Shown: positions 36,970 through 45,451 of the stretch, in pieces | Layout of the letters: each line of letters starts with the position of its first letter | How positions within the stretch are numbered: position 1 is the first letter of the stretch | Assembly: GCA_964617215.1 (NCBI GenBank) | Contig: CAZTVL010000004.1 | Coordinates: 139,131-203,130 of the forward strand | Direction: 5' to 3' | Length of the DNA stretch: 64,000 nt | From: an uncultured Solibacteraceae bacterium | GTDB taxonomy: Bacteria; Acidobacteriota; Holophagae; Holophagales; Holophagaceae | The notes under the pieces: generated by a model | Seen by the model: only the letters and a program-made list of their open reading frames with translations | Databases searched by the model: none | What the model was told of the DNA's origin: nothing | Translations under genes and position numbers: made by a program

Positions 36970-38159
36970 GAGATGACGCCCAATTCCCGTCCCACCTTCG
37001 CGAAGGCGGCCACGGCGGTGTCGATGTCCTGGATCGTGTGGGCAGCGCTCATCTGGGTGCGGATGCGGGCCTGGCCCTTGGGGACGACGGGGAAGAAGAA
37101 GCCGATGACGTAGACTCCCTCGTCCAGCAGGCGCTTGGCGAATTCCTGGGCCAGGGGGGCTTCATAGAGCATGACGGGAATGATGGGGTGCTCGCCCGGC
37201 AGAAGATTGAAGCCGAGATTCGTCATCTCGGTGCGGAAGTGCAGCGCGTTGGCGCGGAGCTGCTGGCGGAGGGCGTCGCCCTGCTCCAGCATGTCCAACA
37301 CCTTGAGGCTCACGGCGGTGATCACCGGGGCCAGGGTGTTGGAGAAGAGGTAGGGGCGGGCCTTCTGGCGCAGCATGTCCACCATGGCCTTGGAGCCGCT
37401 CACGTAGCCGCCGGAGGCGCCGCCCAGGGCCTTGCCCAGGGTGCCGGTCATGAGGTCCACACGACCCATGACATGGTGGTGCTCATGGGTGCCGCGGCCC
37501 TTCTCGCCGATGAAGCCCACGGCGTGGCTGTCGTCCACCATCACCATGGCGTTGTACTTCTCCGCGAGATCGCAGACGGCGGGCAGGTTCGCAATGTACC
37601 CATCCATGGAGAAGACGCCATCCGTCACCACCAGCTTGAAGCGGGCGCCAGCGGCGTCGGCCTCCTGCAGCTTGGCTTCGAGGTCGGCCATGTCGGAGTT
37701 CGCATAGCGGAAGCGCTTGGCCTTGCAGAGGCGGATGCCATCGATGATGGAGGCGTGGTTCAGGGAGTCGCTGATGATGGCGTCCTCCTCGCCCAGCAGC
37801 GCCTCGAACACGCCGCCGTTGGCATCGAAGCAAGAGCCGAAGAGGATGGTGTCTTCGAAACCGAGGAACTTCGAGAGCTTGGCTTCCAGCTCCTTGTGGA
37901 TGTCCTGGGTGCCGCAGATGAAGCGCACGGAAGACAGGCCGAAGCCGTGCTTGGGCAGGGCCTCCTGGGCGGCCTTGATGAGATCCTCGCGGCCGGAGAG
38001 CCCCAGGTAGTTGTTTGCGCACATGTTGATCACGCGCTTGCCGTTGGCCTCCACCCAGGCGCCCTGGGGGCTCGTCATCACCCGCTCCCGCTTGAAGAGG
38101 CCCTCGGCCTCCAGCTGGGTGAGTTGCTTCAGGAGGTGGTCATTGAAGGCAGCGTGCAT
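36966..38159 (-). CDS. kbl: glycine C-acetyltransferase (2-amino-3-ketobutyrate CoA ligase)
   Basis: 397-aa ORF of the PLP alpha-oxoamine synthase family. Motifs include [18 protein letters not shown] and [14 protein letters not shown]. Confidence 0.9.
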   Translation of the reverse strand: MHAAFNDHLLKQLTQLEAEGLFKRERVMTSPQGAWVEANGKRVINMCANNYLGLSGREDLIKAAQEALPKHGFGLSSVRFICGTQDIHKELEAKLSKFLGFEDTILFGSCFDANGGVFEALLGEEDAIISDSLNHASIIDGIRLCKAKRFRYANSDMADLEAKLQEADAAGARFKLVVTDGVFSMDGYIANLPAVCDLAEKYNAMVMVDDSHAVGFIGEKGRGTHEHHHVMGRVDLMTGTLGKALGGASGGYVSGSKAMVDMLRQKARPYLFSNTLAPVITAVSLKVLDMLEQGDALRQQLRANALHFRTEMTNLGFNLLPGEHPIIPVMLYEAPLAQEFAKRLLDEGVYVIGFFFPVVPKGQARIRTQMSAAHTIQDIDTAVAAFAKVGRELGVIS

Positions 38160-38329
38160 GGAGACCTCAGGGAACCCTTCATTTTAGGGAGGCCTGGCCA
38201 GGGAATCGCGCACAGATTTCCCATTGGACGGGAATTCCCAGGAATATTTGAAGCCCGGGATGGGCCCTGCCCCTTTAGCCTTGCATTCCGTCGGCCGATA
38301 CCTCTAGTCTCGGTGGAAAGGTCGTCCCC

Positions 38330-38410
38330 GTGCCCGTCGTCGCCTCCCTCAATCTGAATAATCGGCTCCTTCGCGCGAATCGCGCGTGGGCCGGTGAGGG
38401 CATGGGCTAG
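38330..38410 (+). CDS. candidate asnB leader peptide (26 aa, 4 Asn codons)
   Basis: Hand translation from the GTG at 38330 gives (M)PVVASLNLNNRLLRANRAWAGEGMG-stop. All four Asn codons are AAT, and three of them fall within four consecutive codons (38351-38362). GGAAAGG lies upstream. The call is speculative. Confidence 0.3.
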   Translation: MPVVASLNLNNRLLRANRAWAGEGMG

Positions 38411-38435
38411 ACCCGAACCTTCAGCACCGTCACCA

Positions 38436-38470
38436 CCCCCGATTCGCGCAAGCGATCGGGGGTTTTTCGT
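38436..38470 (+). terminator. intrinsic terminator in the asnB 5' leader (candidate attenuator)
   Basis: CCCCCGATTCGC-GCAA-GCGATCGGGGG forms an 11-bp stem with one bulge and a GNRA loop, followed by TTTTTCGTT. It ends about 28 nt before the asnB ATG. The only upstream gene (kbl) is divergent. Confidence 0.6.
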
Positions 38471-38497
38471 TATCCCCATTTCCACCTTGGAGCCTCC

Positions 38498-40195
38498 ATG
38501 TGCGGCATCTTCGCCCTCCTCAACCTCGATCCCTCCCAAGCCCCCCACACCGAACGTCGCACCCGGGCCATCGCCCTGTCGCGAAGGCTCCGGCACCGCG
38601 GCCCCGACTGGAGCGGGATATACAGCGACGACACCGCCATCCTCGTCCATGAGCGGCTGTCCATCGTGGACGTGGAGCATGGCGCCCAACCCCTCCTGGA
38701 TGCCCGCACCGGCGCGGTGCTGGCCGTGAACGGCGAGATATACAACCACCAGGACCTTCGCCGGGGCCTGCAGGAGCCGCACGATTTCCAGACCGCTTCC
38801 GACTGCGAAGTGATCCTCTACCTCCACGATGAGGAAGCCCCCGCGACCTTCCTGAACCGCATGAACGGCATCTTCGCCTTCGTGCTCCACGATCCCGCCC
38901 GCAAGACCTTCCTCATCGCCCGAGATCCCATGGGCGTGGTGCCCCTTTACGTGGGCTGGGATCGCCAGGAGGTGCTCCACGTGGCCTCGGAAATGAAGGC
39001 CCTGGTCGGCATTTGCGAGCGCATCCGCGAGTTCCCCCCCGGTCACTTCTACCTCGGCCACGAGGCCGACAAGGGCTTTCAGCGCTACTACCAGCCCACC
39101 TGGGCCGAACCCGGGGCCCTGCCCTCCGCCCCCTACGATCCCGCGAAGGTGCGGGAGGCCCTGGAGGCCGCCGTCCATCGGCAGCTCATGTGCGACGTGC
39201 CCTACGGCGTGCTCATCTCCGGCGGCGTGGATTCCTCCATCATCGCGGCCATCGCGGCCAAATACAGCCAATCCCGGGTGGAATCGGGCGATCAGGAACC
39301 CGCCTGGTGGCCCCGCCTCCATTCCTTCGCCATCGGCCTGGAAGGCGCGCCGGACCTGGCCCCGGCCCGCAAGGTGGCCGAGCACATCGGCAGCGTGCAC
39401 CACGAGATCCACTTCACCGTGCAGGAGGGCCTCGATGCGCTCTCCGAGGTGATCCACCACCTGGAAACCTTCGACATCACCACCATCCGGGCCTCCACGC
39501 CCATGTATCTGCTCATGCGGAAGATCCGCGCCATGGGCATCAAGATGGTGCTTTCCGGGGAGGGGGCCGACGAAATCTTCGGCGGCTACCTTTACTTCCA
39601 CAAGGCGCCGGACGGCCGCGAGTTGCACGAAGAAACCGTGCGCAAACTCCAGAAGCTCCACCTCTACGACTGCGCCCGGGCCAACAAGGCCAGCGCCGCC
39701 TGGGGCGTGGAGGCCCGCGTGCCCTTCCTGGACCGGGAATTCCTGGACGTGGCCATGGCCCTGGATCCGGACGTGAAGGTGCCCCGCAACGCCCCGCCTC
39801 CCCGCCCCATCGAGAAATGGCCCCTCCGCCAAGCCTTCGAGGGCTACATTCCGGATGAAGTGCTCTGGCGCCAGAAGGAGCAGTTCAGTGACGGCGTGGG
39901 CTACGCCTGGATCCAGGCCCTCAAGGACACCGCCGAGCGCGAGGTGAGCGACGCCATGCTCGCCAGCGCCGCCGAGCGCTTCCCCCTCAAGACCCCGGAA
40001 ACCAAAGAGGCCTACCTCTACCGCCAGCTCTTTGAGCAGCACTTCCCCTCCGCCACCTGCGCCGCCTGCGTTCCCTGGGAGCGCAGCGTCGCCTGCAGCA
40101 CCGAGACCGCCCTCAAGTGGGACGCCGCCTTCCAGAAGATGATCGATCCATCAGGTCGCGCGGTGCTGGACGTGCACCAGGAGGCGCACACCTAA
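38498..40195 (+). CDS. asnB: asparagine synthase (glutamine-hydrolysing)
   Basis: 565-aa ORF. MCGIFALL is the Ntn amidotransferase start. The SGGVDSS PP-loop and LSGEGADEIFGGY motif are present. Confidence 0.9.
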   Translation: MCGIFALLNLDPSQAPHTERRTRAIALSRRLRHRGPDWSGIYSDDTAILVHERLSIVDVEHGAQPLLDARTGAVLAVNGEIYNHQDLRRGLQEPHDFQTASDCEVILYLHDEEAPATFLNRMNGIFAFVLHDPARKTFLIARDPMGVVPLYVGWDRQEVLHVASEMKALVGICERIREFPPGHFYLGHEADKGFQRYYQPTWAEPGALPSAPYDPAKVREALEAAVHRQLMCDVPYGVLISGGVDSSIIAAIAAKYSQSRVESGDQEPAWWPRLHSFAIGLEGAPDLAPARKVAEHIGSVHHEIHFTVQEGLDALSEVIHHLETFDITTIRASTPMYLLMRKIRAMGIKMVLSGEGADEIFGGYLYFHKAPDGRELHEETVRKLQKLHLYDCARANKASAAWGVEARVPFLDREFLDVAMALDPDVKVPRNAPPPRPIEKWPLRQAFEGYIPDEVLWRQKEQFSDGVGYAWIQALKDTAEREVSDAMLASAAERFPLKTPETKEAYLYRQLFEQHFPSATCAACVPWERSVACSTETALKWDAAFQKMIDPSGRAVLDVHQEAHT

Positions 40196-40204
40196 TCAAA
40201 AGCA

Positions 40205-40315
40205 GATCGCGAATGGCGCGAATAAAGGCGCGAATAAAAGAACGAATGAAAACCCAAAAACCTTCGGAGCTATTCATTCGCGCCATTCGCGCTTTTATTC
40301 GCGCTATTCGCGATC
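40205..40315. repeat. long imperfect palindrome between asnB and larB, overlapping the larB stop
   Basis: GATCGCGAATGGCGCGAATAAAGGCGCGAATAAAAGAACGAATGAA pairs with TTCATTCGCGCCATTCGCGCTTTTATTCGCGCTATTCGCGATC. The arms are built of GCGAAT units. The last three larB codons and its stop lie in the right arm. Confidence 0.85.
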
Positions 40316-40960
40316 CTTCTTCTCCATCCGATTCATCATTTTGATGGCCATGCACGCGGCGCCGAAGCCGTTGCCGATGTTGACGACGGCGATGCCGGGA
40401 CTGCAGCTGGCGAGCATGCCGTGGAGGGCGACGGTGCCGCCTTCACTGATGCCGGCACCGATGGGGGTGGGGACGGCGATGAGGGGGGAGTCCACGAGGC
40501 CTGCCAGGACGGAGGGCAAAGCGCCTTCCATGCCGGCGCAGACGATGAGGACGGGACATTCGTGCAGCTCGGGCAGGATGGCCTGCAGGCGGTGCAAGCC
40601 CGCCACGCCCACGTCGAAGAAGGCCTTCACGGGGTGGCCCAGGGCCTCCAGCACGGCCTTGGCTTCGGCAGCCCAGGGGATGTCGCCGGTGCCCGCGGTG
40701 ACCACGGCCACAGGGGCCTGGTGGCGCAGGGGCCGGGGATCCTTCACGGCCGTGCGGGAAATGGGGTCCACGGTGGCGAGGCTTTCCAGCGCGGCCATCT
40801 GGTCTTCGTTGAGGCGCGTGGCGAAGCGGAAGCCCTCGGCTTCCTGGAAGAGTTTCACCACCTGGGCCACGGATTTACCGGGGCCGAAGATGACTTCGGG
40901 GATGCCGGTACGACCTTCACGGGAATGATCCCAGCGGACTTCAGCGGTCAAGCACTCACC
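40304..40960 (-). CDS. larB: nickel-pincer cofactor biosynthesis protein LarB (PurE-like)
   Basis: Only the C-terminal 218 codons of ORF 40304..42292 look genuine. The likely start is the TTG at 40960, overlapping the larE end. AVVTAGTGDIPWAAEA and VCAGMEGALPSVLAGLV fit the AIR-carboxylase-like fold. Confidence 0.75.
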   Translation of the reverse strand, partial: GECLTAEVRWDHSREGRTGIPEVIFGPGKSVAQVVKLFQEAEGFRFATRLNEDQMAALESLATVDPISRTAVKDPRPLRHQAPVAVVTAGTGDIPWAAEAKAVLEALGHPVKAFFDVGVAGLHRLQAILPELHECPVLIVCAGMEGALPSVLAGLVDSPLIAVPTPIGAGISEGGTVALHGMLASCSPGIAVVNIGNGFGAACMAIKMMNRMEKKDRE

Positions 40961-41778
40961 TCGTTCAAAGCCTTCGAGAGGCTGCCGCTCTGGATGCCGC
41001 CCAGGTCCACGGCAGCGAAGCGGAAGCCCGCGCGCCAAGCAGCCCGCTCGAGTTCCGACCGCAGGGGCTCCTGCAGGGCGAGCAGCATGGATTCGGGCCC
41101 CAGCTCCAGGCGCACCACGGACTCGTGCCACCGGGCGCGGGCGGGCCAGAGGCCCTTGGCGCGCATGAACTCCTCCATGGCCTCCACCTGCTTCAGCCGT
41201 TCCGGAGTGACTTCGGTGCCCACTGGGAAGCGGCTGGCCAGGCACGGCGAGGCTTCCTTCTCGGCGTTGGGCAGGCCCCAGGCCCGGGCCAGGGCGCGGA
41301 TGTCGGCCTTGCGGAAGGCGGCCTCTACCAGGGGGCTCTTCACGGCGTGTTCCTGGGCGGCCTTCAGGCCGGGTCGGTGATCGCCAAGATCCTCCACCTG
41401 GGTGCCGTTCAACAGAACCCCCGCCAGACCATGCTTGGCCGCCAGGGCCTCGGTCACGCCATAGAGGCTGGATTTGCAGAAATAGCAGCGGTCGCCCTGG
41501 TTGGCGCGGTAGCCCGCCACCTCGGCCTCGCCGGCTTCCAGCTCGATGACCTCCACCCCCAGGTGCCCGGCCAGGGCGTGGGCGTCGGCCCGCTCGCTGC
41601 GGGCGAGGCTGGGCCCCACGGCCAGCACGGCGGTGGTGGGCAGGCCGGCCTTCAGGCAGGCGGCCAGCACGAGGGTGCTGTCGATGCCACCGGAAAAGCA
41701 GACAAAGGCCCTCGCCTCGCCCACGGCGTCTCGGGTGGCCTTCAGCAGGCGGGACTCCAGATCCGGGAATTCGACCAT
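40948..41778 (-). CDS. larE: ATP-dependent sacrificial sulfur transferase LarE
   Basis: From the ATG at 41778 (MVEFPDLESRLL). FVCFSGGIDSTLVLAA is the PP-loop, and DRCYFCK carries the conserved Cys. Confidence 0.75.
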   Translation of the reverse strand: MVEFPDLESRLLKATRDAVGEARAFVCFSGGIDSTLVLAACLKAGLPTTAVLAVGPSLARSERADAHALAGHLGVEVIELEAGEAEVAGYRANQGDRCYFCKSSLYGVTEALAAKHGLAGVLLNGTQVEDLGDHRPGLKAAQEHAVKSPLVEAAFRKADIRALARAWGLPNAEKEASPCLASRFPVGTEVTPERLKQVEAMEEFMRAKGLWPARARWHESVVRLELGPESMLLALQEPLRSELERAAWRAGFRFAAVDLGGIQSGSLSKALNEVSA

Positions 41779-41803
41779 CCCCCGATTGTGGCATCCTTCC
41801 GCC

Positions 41804-42367
41804 ATGCGCCGAACCGTGAAGAACCTCGCCGTCCCCTCGATCCTGGCCCTCACCCTGGCCTGTGGCGCTTCCAAGCTGAAGAAGCAAGACGCGGAAGCCC
41901 AACTGCGCAAGCTCTACCCGGTCACCGTGATGCTCAAGGTGCCCGAGCAGGCCGGGGCCGCCACGGGCAGCGCCGAGGGGCTGCGCCTGAAGGGCCTCGC
42001 CGATGCCCTCAGCGCCAGCGGCTGGTTCGAGGCCTCCGCCCCGGATGTGAAGGGCCGGGTCACCTTCACCGCCAAACTCAAACCCGGGGCCCCCGCCACC
42101 ATCCAAGCCGCGGGGCAGGCCTTCCGGGTGCCCGTGGCCAAAGCCGCCTTTGACCGGGCCCTGCGGGACGACGCCCGGGATGGAGAGACCCGCGTGGTCT
42201 ACCAAATCCGCCTGGAGGAGCCCACGGCCCTCTTCCCCGCCTTCCAGCTGCGCTATCCCGATGCCAAGGTGGGCTCCACCAAACAGCGCCATGCCCGGTT
42301 CACCAAGGACGGGCGCAGTTGGAAATTGGCGGAGACGGACGAAAAATTCGGCAAGATCGAGGAATAA
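41804..42367 (+). CDS. lipoprotein, unknown function
   Basis: The ATG at 41804 (MRRTVKNLAVPSILALTLAC) begins a lipobox signal. 187 aa. I recognise no family. Confidence 0.55.
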   Translation: MRRTVKNLAVPSILALTLACGASKLKKQDAEAQLRKLYPVTVMLKVPEQAGAATGSAEGLRLKGLADALSASGWFEASAPDVKGRVTFTAKLKPGAPATIQAAGQAFRVPVAKAAFDRALRDDARDGETRVVYQIRLEEPTALFPAFQLRYPDAKVGSTKQRHARFTKDGRSWKLAETDEKFGKIEE

Positions 42368-42450
42368 CCCCTTGGGAAGGGGCGCTGGGCACCGTGCCCA
42401 TCCAAAAGCCCGGGTGGCCCGCGGCCGATGGGGTGCCTAAGGAGCATCCC

Positions 42451-42759
42451 ATGAACTTTCAGACCTCCCGCGAAGGCGATACCGTCACGGTCCGGATGGA
42501 GGGTCGCCTCACCTTCGAGCATCACCAGACCTTCAAGACCACCGTGTATCCCTTCCTGGAAGAGGAAGGCATCAAGCAGGTGGTCATCGATTTGGGAGGC
42601 GTCACCTACATGGATAGCAGCTCCCTGGGCATGCTCCTGCTCCTCCGCGAGCGGGCCGAGATCAAAGGCATCAAGGTGGCCCTACGCCGCCCCAGCCCCA
42701 GCGTGCAAACGATCCTCAAAGTGGTGCAGTTCGATCGCCTCTTCGAAATCCGCCACTAA
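42451..42759 (+). CDS. STAS-domain anti-sigma-factor antagonist (HsbA/SpoIIAA-like)
   Basis: 102 aa from the ATG at 42451. VVIDLGGVTYMDSSSLGMLLLLRE contains the conserved phosphorylatable Ser context (DSSxLG). Confidence 0.8.
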   Translation: MNFQTSREGDTVTVRMEGRLTFEHHQTFKTTVYPFLEEEGIKQVVIDLGGVTYMDSSSLGMLLLLRERAEIKGIKVALRRPSPSVQTILKVVQFDRLFEIRH

Positions 42760-42774
42760 CGCCGGCCTCACCCC

Positions 42775-44442
42775 ATGCCCGCGCTGAAGGTCCTCCTCGC
42801 CGAGGATGATTTCCTCCTTCAGGCCCTGGCTTCGGCGGTTCTCCAGCAGGAGGGCTTCGAAGTCATCCAAGCCATGGATGGGGGCGAGGCCCTGGCCCTG
42901 TTCGACCGGGAACATCCGGATCTGGTCCTGACGGATTACGACATGCCCGTGATGAACGGGCTGGAGCTGATCCGCACCATCCGGGCCAAGGGCCTGCAAA
43001 CCTACGTGCCCCTCGTGATGTTCACGGGCGGGGGCAAGGCGGGGTTGCTGCAGGAGAGCCTGGAAGCGGGGGCCATCGAATTCATCACCAAGCCCTTCGA
43101 ACCGGATGAGCTGCGCTGCCGCGTAAACGCCATCGCGGACCTGGTGGTGCTGCATCGCGGCCTCGCGGAGGCCAAGGCCCGGGACGACGAGGAATTGGGC
43201 ATCGCCAAGCACGTGCTGGGGCGCCTGCTGGAGCCCGGCATCAAGAGCATGCCCGCGTCCTTCTGCATGGAAACGCTGCCCACCCGCCGCATCAACGGGG
43301 ACGCCTGCACCTGGAAACAGGGCCTGCCGGACGTGCACTACGGCCTCATCTGCGATGCCACGGGCCATGGCCTCACGGCGGGCATCAGCACCATTCCCGT
43401 GGTGGAGGCCTTCCTCACCATGGCGGGCCGCAACATCCCGTTGGAGAGCATCTACCGGGAAACCAATCAGAAGCTGCGCCGCATGCTGCCCACGGGGCGC
43501 TTCGTCTGCCTGGGCATCGTGCGCCTGGACACGGTCAACGGCCAGCTCTCGGTCCTCAACGCCGGCATGCCGGATACCTACCTCTGGCGGCGGAAGGATG
43601 GCAGCATCCGGGATTTCCCCTCCCGCAGCCTTCCGGCCGGAGTGGTGGTGAGTTCCGATCCTGTGCCCGTGGAAGAGGTGGAAGTCCAGACCGGCGACCG
43701 GGTGTTCTTCTACAGCGACGGCCTGCTCGAACTGTGGGACGTCGAAGCGGAGATCCAGCGATTGCTGAGGGCCGGGGCTGACTTAACGCTGGTGGCTCAT
43801 CGGGATTTCATCCGCGCCGCCATCGACCAGAAAGTCGGAGATGCCGCGGAACAGCTGGATGACGTGACCTGGTGCCTCTGGGAAGTCCCGGAACCGAGCC
43901 TCTCCCTGCCCACCCACTCCGCCGCCCCCGTGGAAGGGAGCAAGGATCTGGACGCGGGGCTCTGCCTCAGCACCGAAATCCACCCCGTGCTGCACAGCCT
44001 GGGGGATCTCATTCCCGACCTCATGACCTTCGTGGCCCACAACCACCTGGGGCCCGGCGACACGGCGACCCTGGCCCTGCTCATCACCGAGGCCCTTACC
44101 AACGCCTTGGATCACGGGGTGCTGGGCCTGGACTCCGGGCTGAAGGACAGCGGCTTCGAAGCCTATGAAGCCGAGAAGCGCCTTCGGCTGTCCACCTTGC
44201 AGGAGGGCCGCATCCGCATCGAGCTCCAGATGTGGCACCACCCCAAGACCCGCCGAATCCTGGAAGTGCAGGTGGCGGTAGAGGACAGCGGCGAGGGTTT
44301 CGATTGGAAGCACTGGCTCGAAGGCCAGGGTTCCACCAGCCGCCCCAGCGGCCGCGGCCTCAGCCTCATCCAGGCCCTGACCAAGAACCTGGAATTCAGC
44401 CCCTCCGGGAGCCGGGTGTCGTTCCGGTTCACCTGCGCGTGA
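42775..44442 (+). CDS. fused response-regulator receiver / PP2C (SpoIIE) phosphatase / RsbW-type Ser kinase (HsbR-like)
   Basis: The REC domain is seen in VLLAEDD...DLVLTDYDMPVMNG...TKPF. The PP2C domain is seen in GDACTW...CDATGHGLTAG...FFYSDGL. The HATPase_c-like tail is seen in ITEALTNALDHG...VEDSGEGFDW...GRGLSLI. Confidence 0.8.
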   Translation: MPALKVLLAEDDFLLQALASAVLQQEGFEVIQAMDGGEALALFDREHPDLVLTDYDMPVMNGLELIRTIRAKGLQTYVPLVMFTGGGKAGLLQESLEAGAIEFITKPFEPDELRCRVNAIADLVVLHRGLAEAKARDDEELGIAKHVLGRLLEPGIKSMPASFCMETLPTRRINGDACTWKQGLPDVHYGLICDATGHGLTAGISTIPVVEAFLTMAGRNIPLESIYRETNQKLRRMLPTGRFVCLGIVRLDTVNGQLSVLNAGMPDTYLWRRKDGSIRDFPSRSLPAGVVVSSDPVPVEEVEVQTGDRVFFYSDGLLELWDVEAEIQRLLRAGADLTLVAHRDFIRAAIDQKVGDAAEQLDDVTWCLWEVPEPSLSLPTHSAAPVEGSKDLDAGLCLSTEIHPVLHSLGDLIPDLMTFVAHNHLGPGDTATLALLITEALTNALDHGVLGLDSGLKDSGFEAYEAEKRLRLSTLQEGRIRIELQMWHHPKTRRILEVQVAVEDSGEGFDWKHWLEGQGSTSRPSGRGLSLIQALTKNLEFSPSGSRVSFRFTCA

Positions 44443-44448
44443 TGGGGA

Positions 44449-45114
44449 TCAGGAAAGCCCCAGCTTCCCCTTGATCCACATGCCCGCCAGTTCCAGCATG
44501 CCGGGCCGCTTCGGCTTGCGGGGCTTCACAGGGTCAGCGCTCCAGGTGGACCAGGCCCCGCGCAGGAGGGCCATGTCGCCGGCGAAGGCCAGCTGACCCC
44601 CCAACAGGGCCGGGCCGGGCTCCACGCGCCCTTCCACTAGCCCCCGCACGGCGGCTTCATCGCCCTTCAGCTCCGGACCCGCACCCCAAGCCTGATCCCC
44701 CACCACGACTTTGAAGGCCTGGGTGAGCTTGGCCAGTTGGCTGGGCACCAGCTCCGCGAGGGGGATGCCAGAGCCGGCCGTGTTGGCGGGGCGCTTGAAG
44801 AGCTTCGGGAACTTCATCAGCAGGTTCTGGTCGCCGGTGGCCTTGAGCTTGCCGCTCATGTAGGCGGCCATGGGATCCAGGCGACCTTCATTGAGGGCGA
44901 TCCAATCCTCGGCGGAGATGGTGACCGTGGCCTGGGCATCGGCCTGGGCCTCGCCCTTCACGAGGGTGAAGGCGCCATTGTCCACCACGCAGGTGAAATT
45001 GCCGCCGCCCTCGCCCGTCACCTTGTAGGCCACCGAGGCCTTCACCCCCGCGGCCCGGTCGGCCAGGAACAGGCCGTTCATGCGGTCAAAGATGGCATCG
45101 ACAGTCAGGGACAT
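44449..45114 (-). CDS. SCP2 sterol-binding domain protein
   Basis: 221-aa ORF. DPMAAYMSGKLKATGDQNLLMKFPKLF is the SCP2 C-terminal signature. A second, degenerate SCP2-like half follows. Confidence 0.7.
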   Translation of the reverse strand: MSLTVDAIFDRMNGLFLADRAAGVKASVAYKVTGEGGGNFTCVVDNGAFTLVKGEAQADAQATVTISAEDWIALNEGRLDPMAAYMSGKLKATGDQNLLMKFPKLFKRPANTAGSGIPLAELVPSQLAKLTQAFKVVVGDQAWGAGPELKGDEAAVRGLVEGRVEPGPALLGGQLAFAGDMALLRGAWSTWSADPVKPRKPKRPGMLELAGMWIKGKLGLS

Positions 45115-45200
45115 AGGGCAACCTCGGGGTTTCTAGCAGTGTGGAAAAAGTCTGCGGCCCTCCGCAACGCTTACCAGCGGTCAATCGGTAGAATCGGGGA

Positions 45201-45350
45201 ATGGGTGAATCCGAATCTCGTCGCTGCGCCTGGTGCGGCCATGCCGCGCCCTTGCTGTGGGTCCATGGCCACGGACAGTGCGCGGCCTGCGGCACCAATG
45301 CCGACGAGTGCTGCCGGGGCGAGACCTGCGATCCCCCGCCGGGGTCCTGA
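45201..45350 (+). CDS. candidate 49-aa Cys-rich (zinc-ribbon-like) protein
   Basis: Hand translation gives MGESESRRCAWCGHAAPLLWVHGHGQCAACGTNADECCRGETCDPPPGS. It has two CxxC pairs plus CC-x4-C. It is below the ORF-track size cut-off and lies directly upstream of the paralogue pair. Confidence 0.35.
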   Translation: MGESESRRCAWCGHAAPLLWVHGHGQCAACGTNADECCRGETCDPPPGS

Positions 45351-45451
45351 CCCCCCTTCCAGCCTCGTATGCCGCTTTCCAACCAGCCGTTCGGCCTGGG
45401 GTTCAACTCTTTCGGCGAGCGCCCGATAGAGCTGGGGTCGGCGGAGGTGCC

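Noticed and set aside
38195-38209. Sigma-54-like -24/-12 element (TGGCCAGGGAATCGC) upstream of the asnB leader.
   Set aside because: The GG/GC spacing is right, but the flanking bases match the TGGCAC-N5-TTGC consensus poorly. No enhancer-binding protein gene is nearby. This is too weak to call.
45233-45451. N-terminal extension of UDG-like paralogue A back to 45233 (ORF-track start).
   Set aside because: The extension is Arg/Pro-rich, overlaps the Cys-rich mini-ORF in another frame and has no SD. The ATG at 45452 has a GGAGG 5 nt upstream, and the alignment with paralogue B begins after it.
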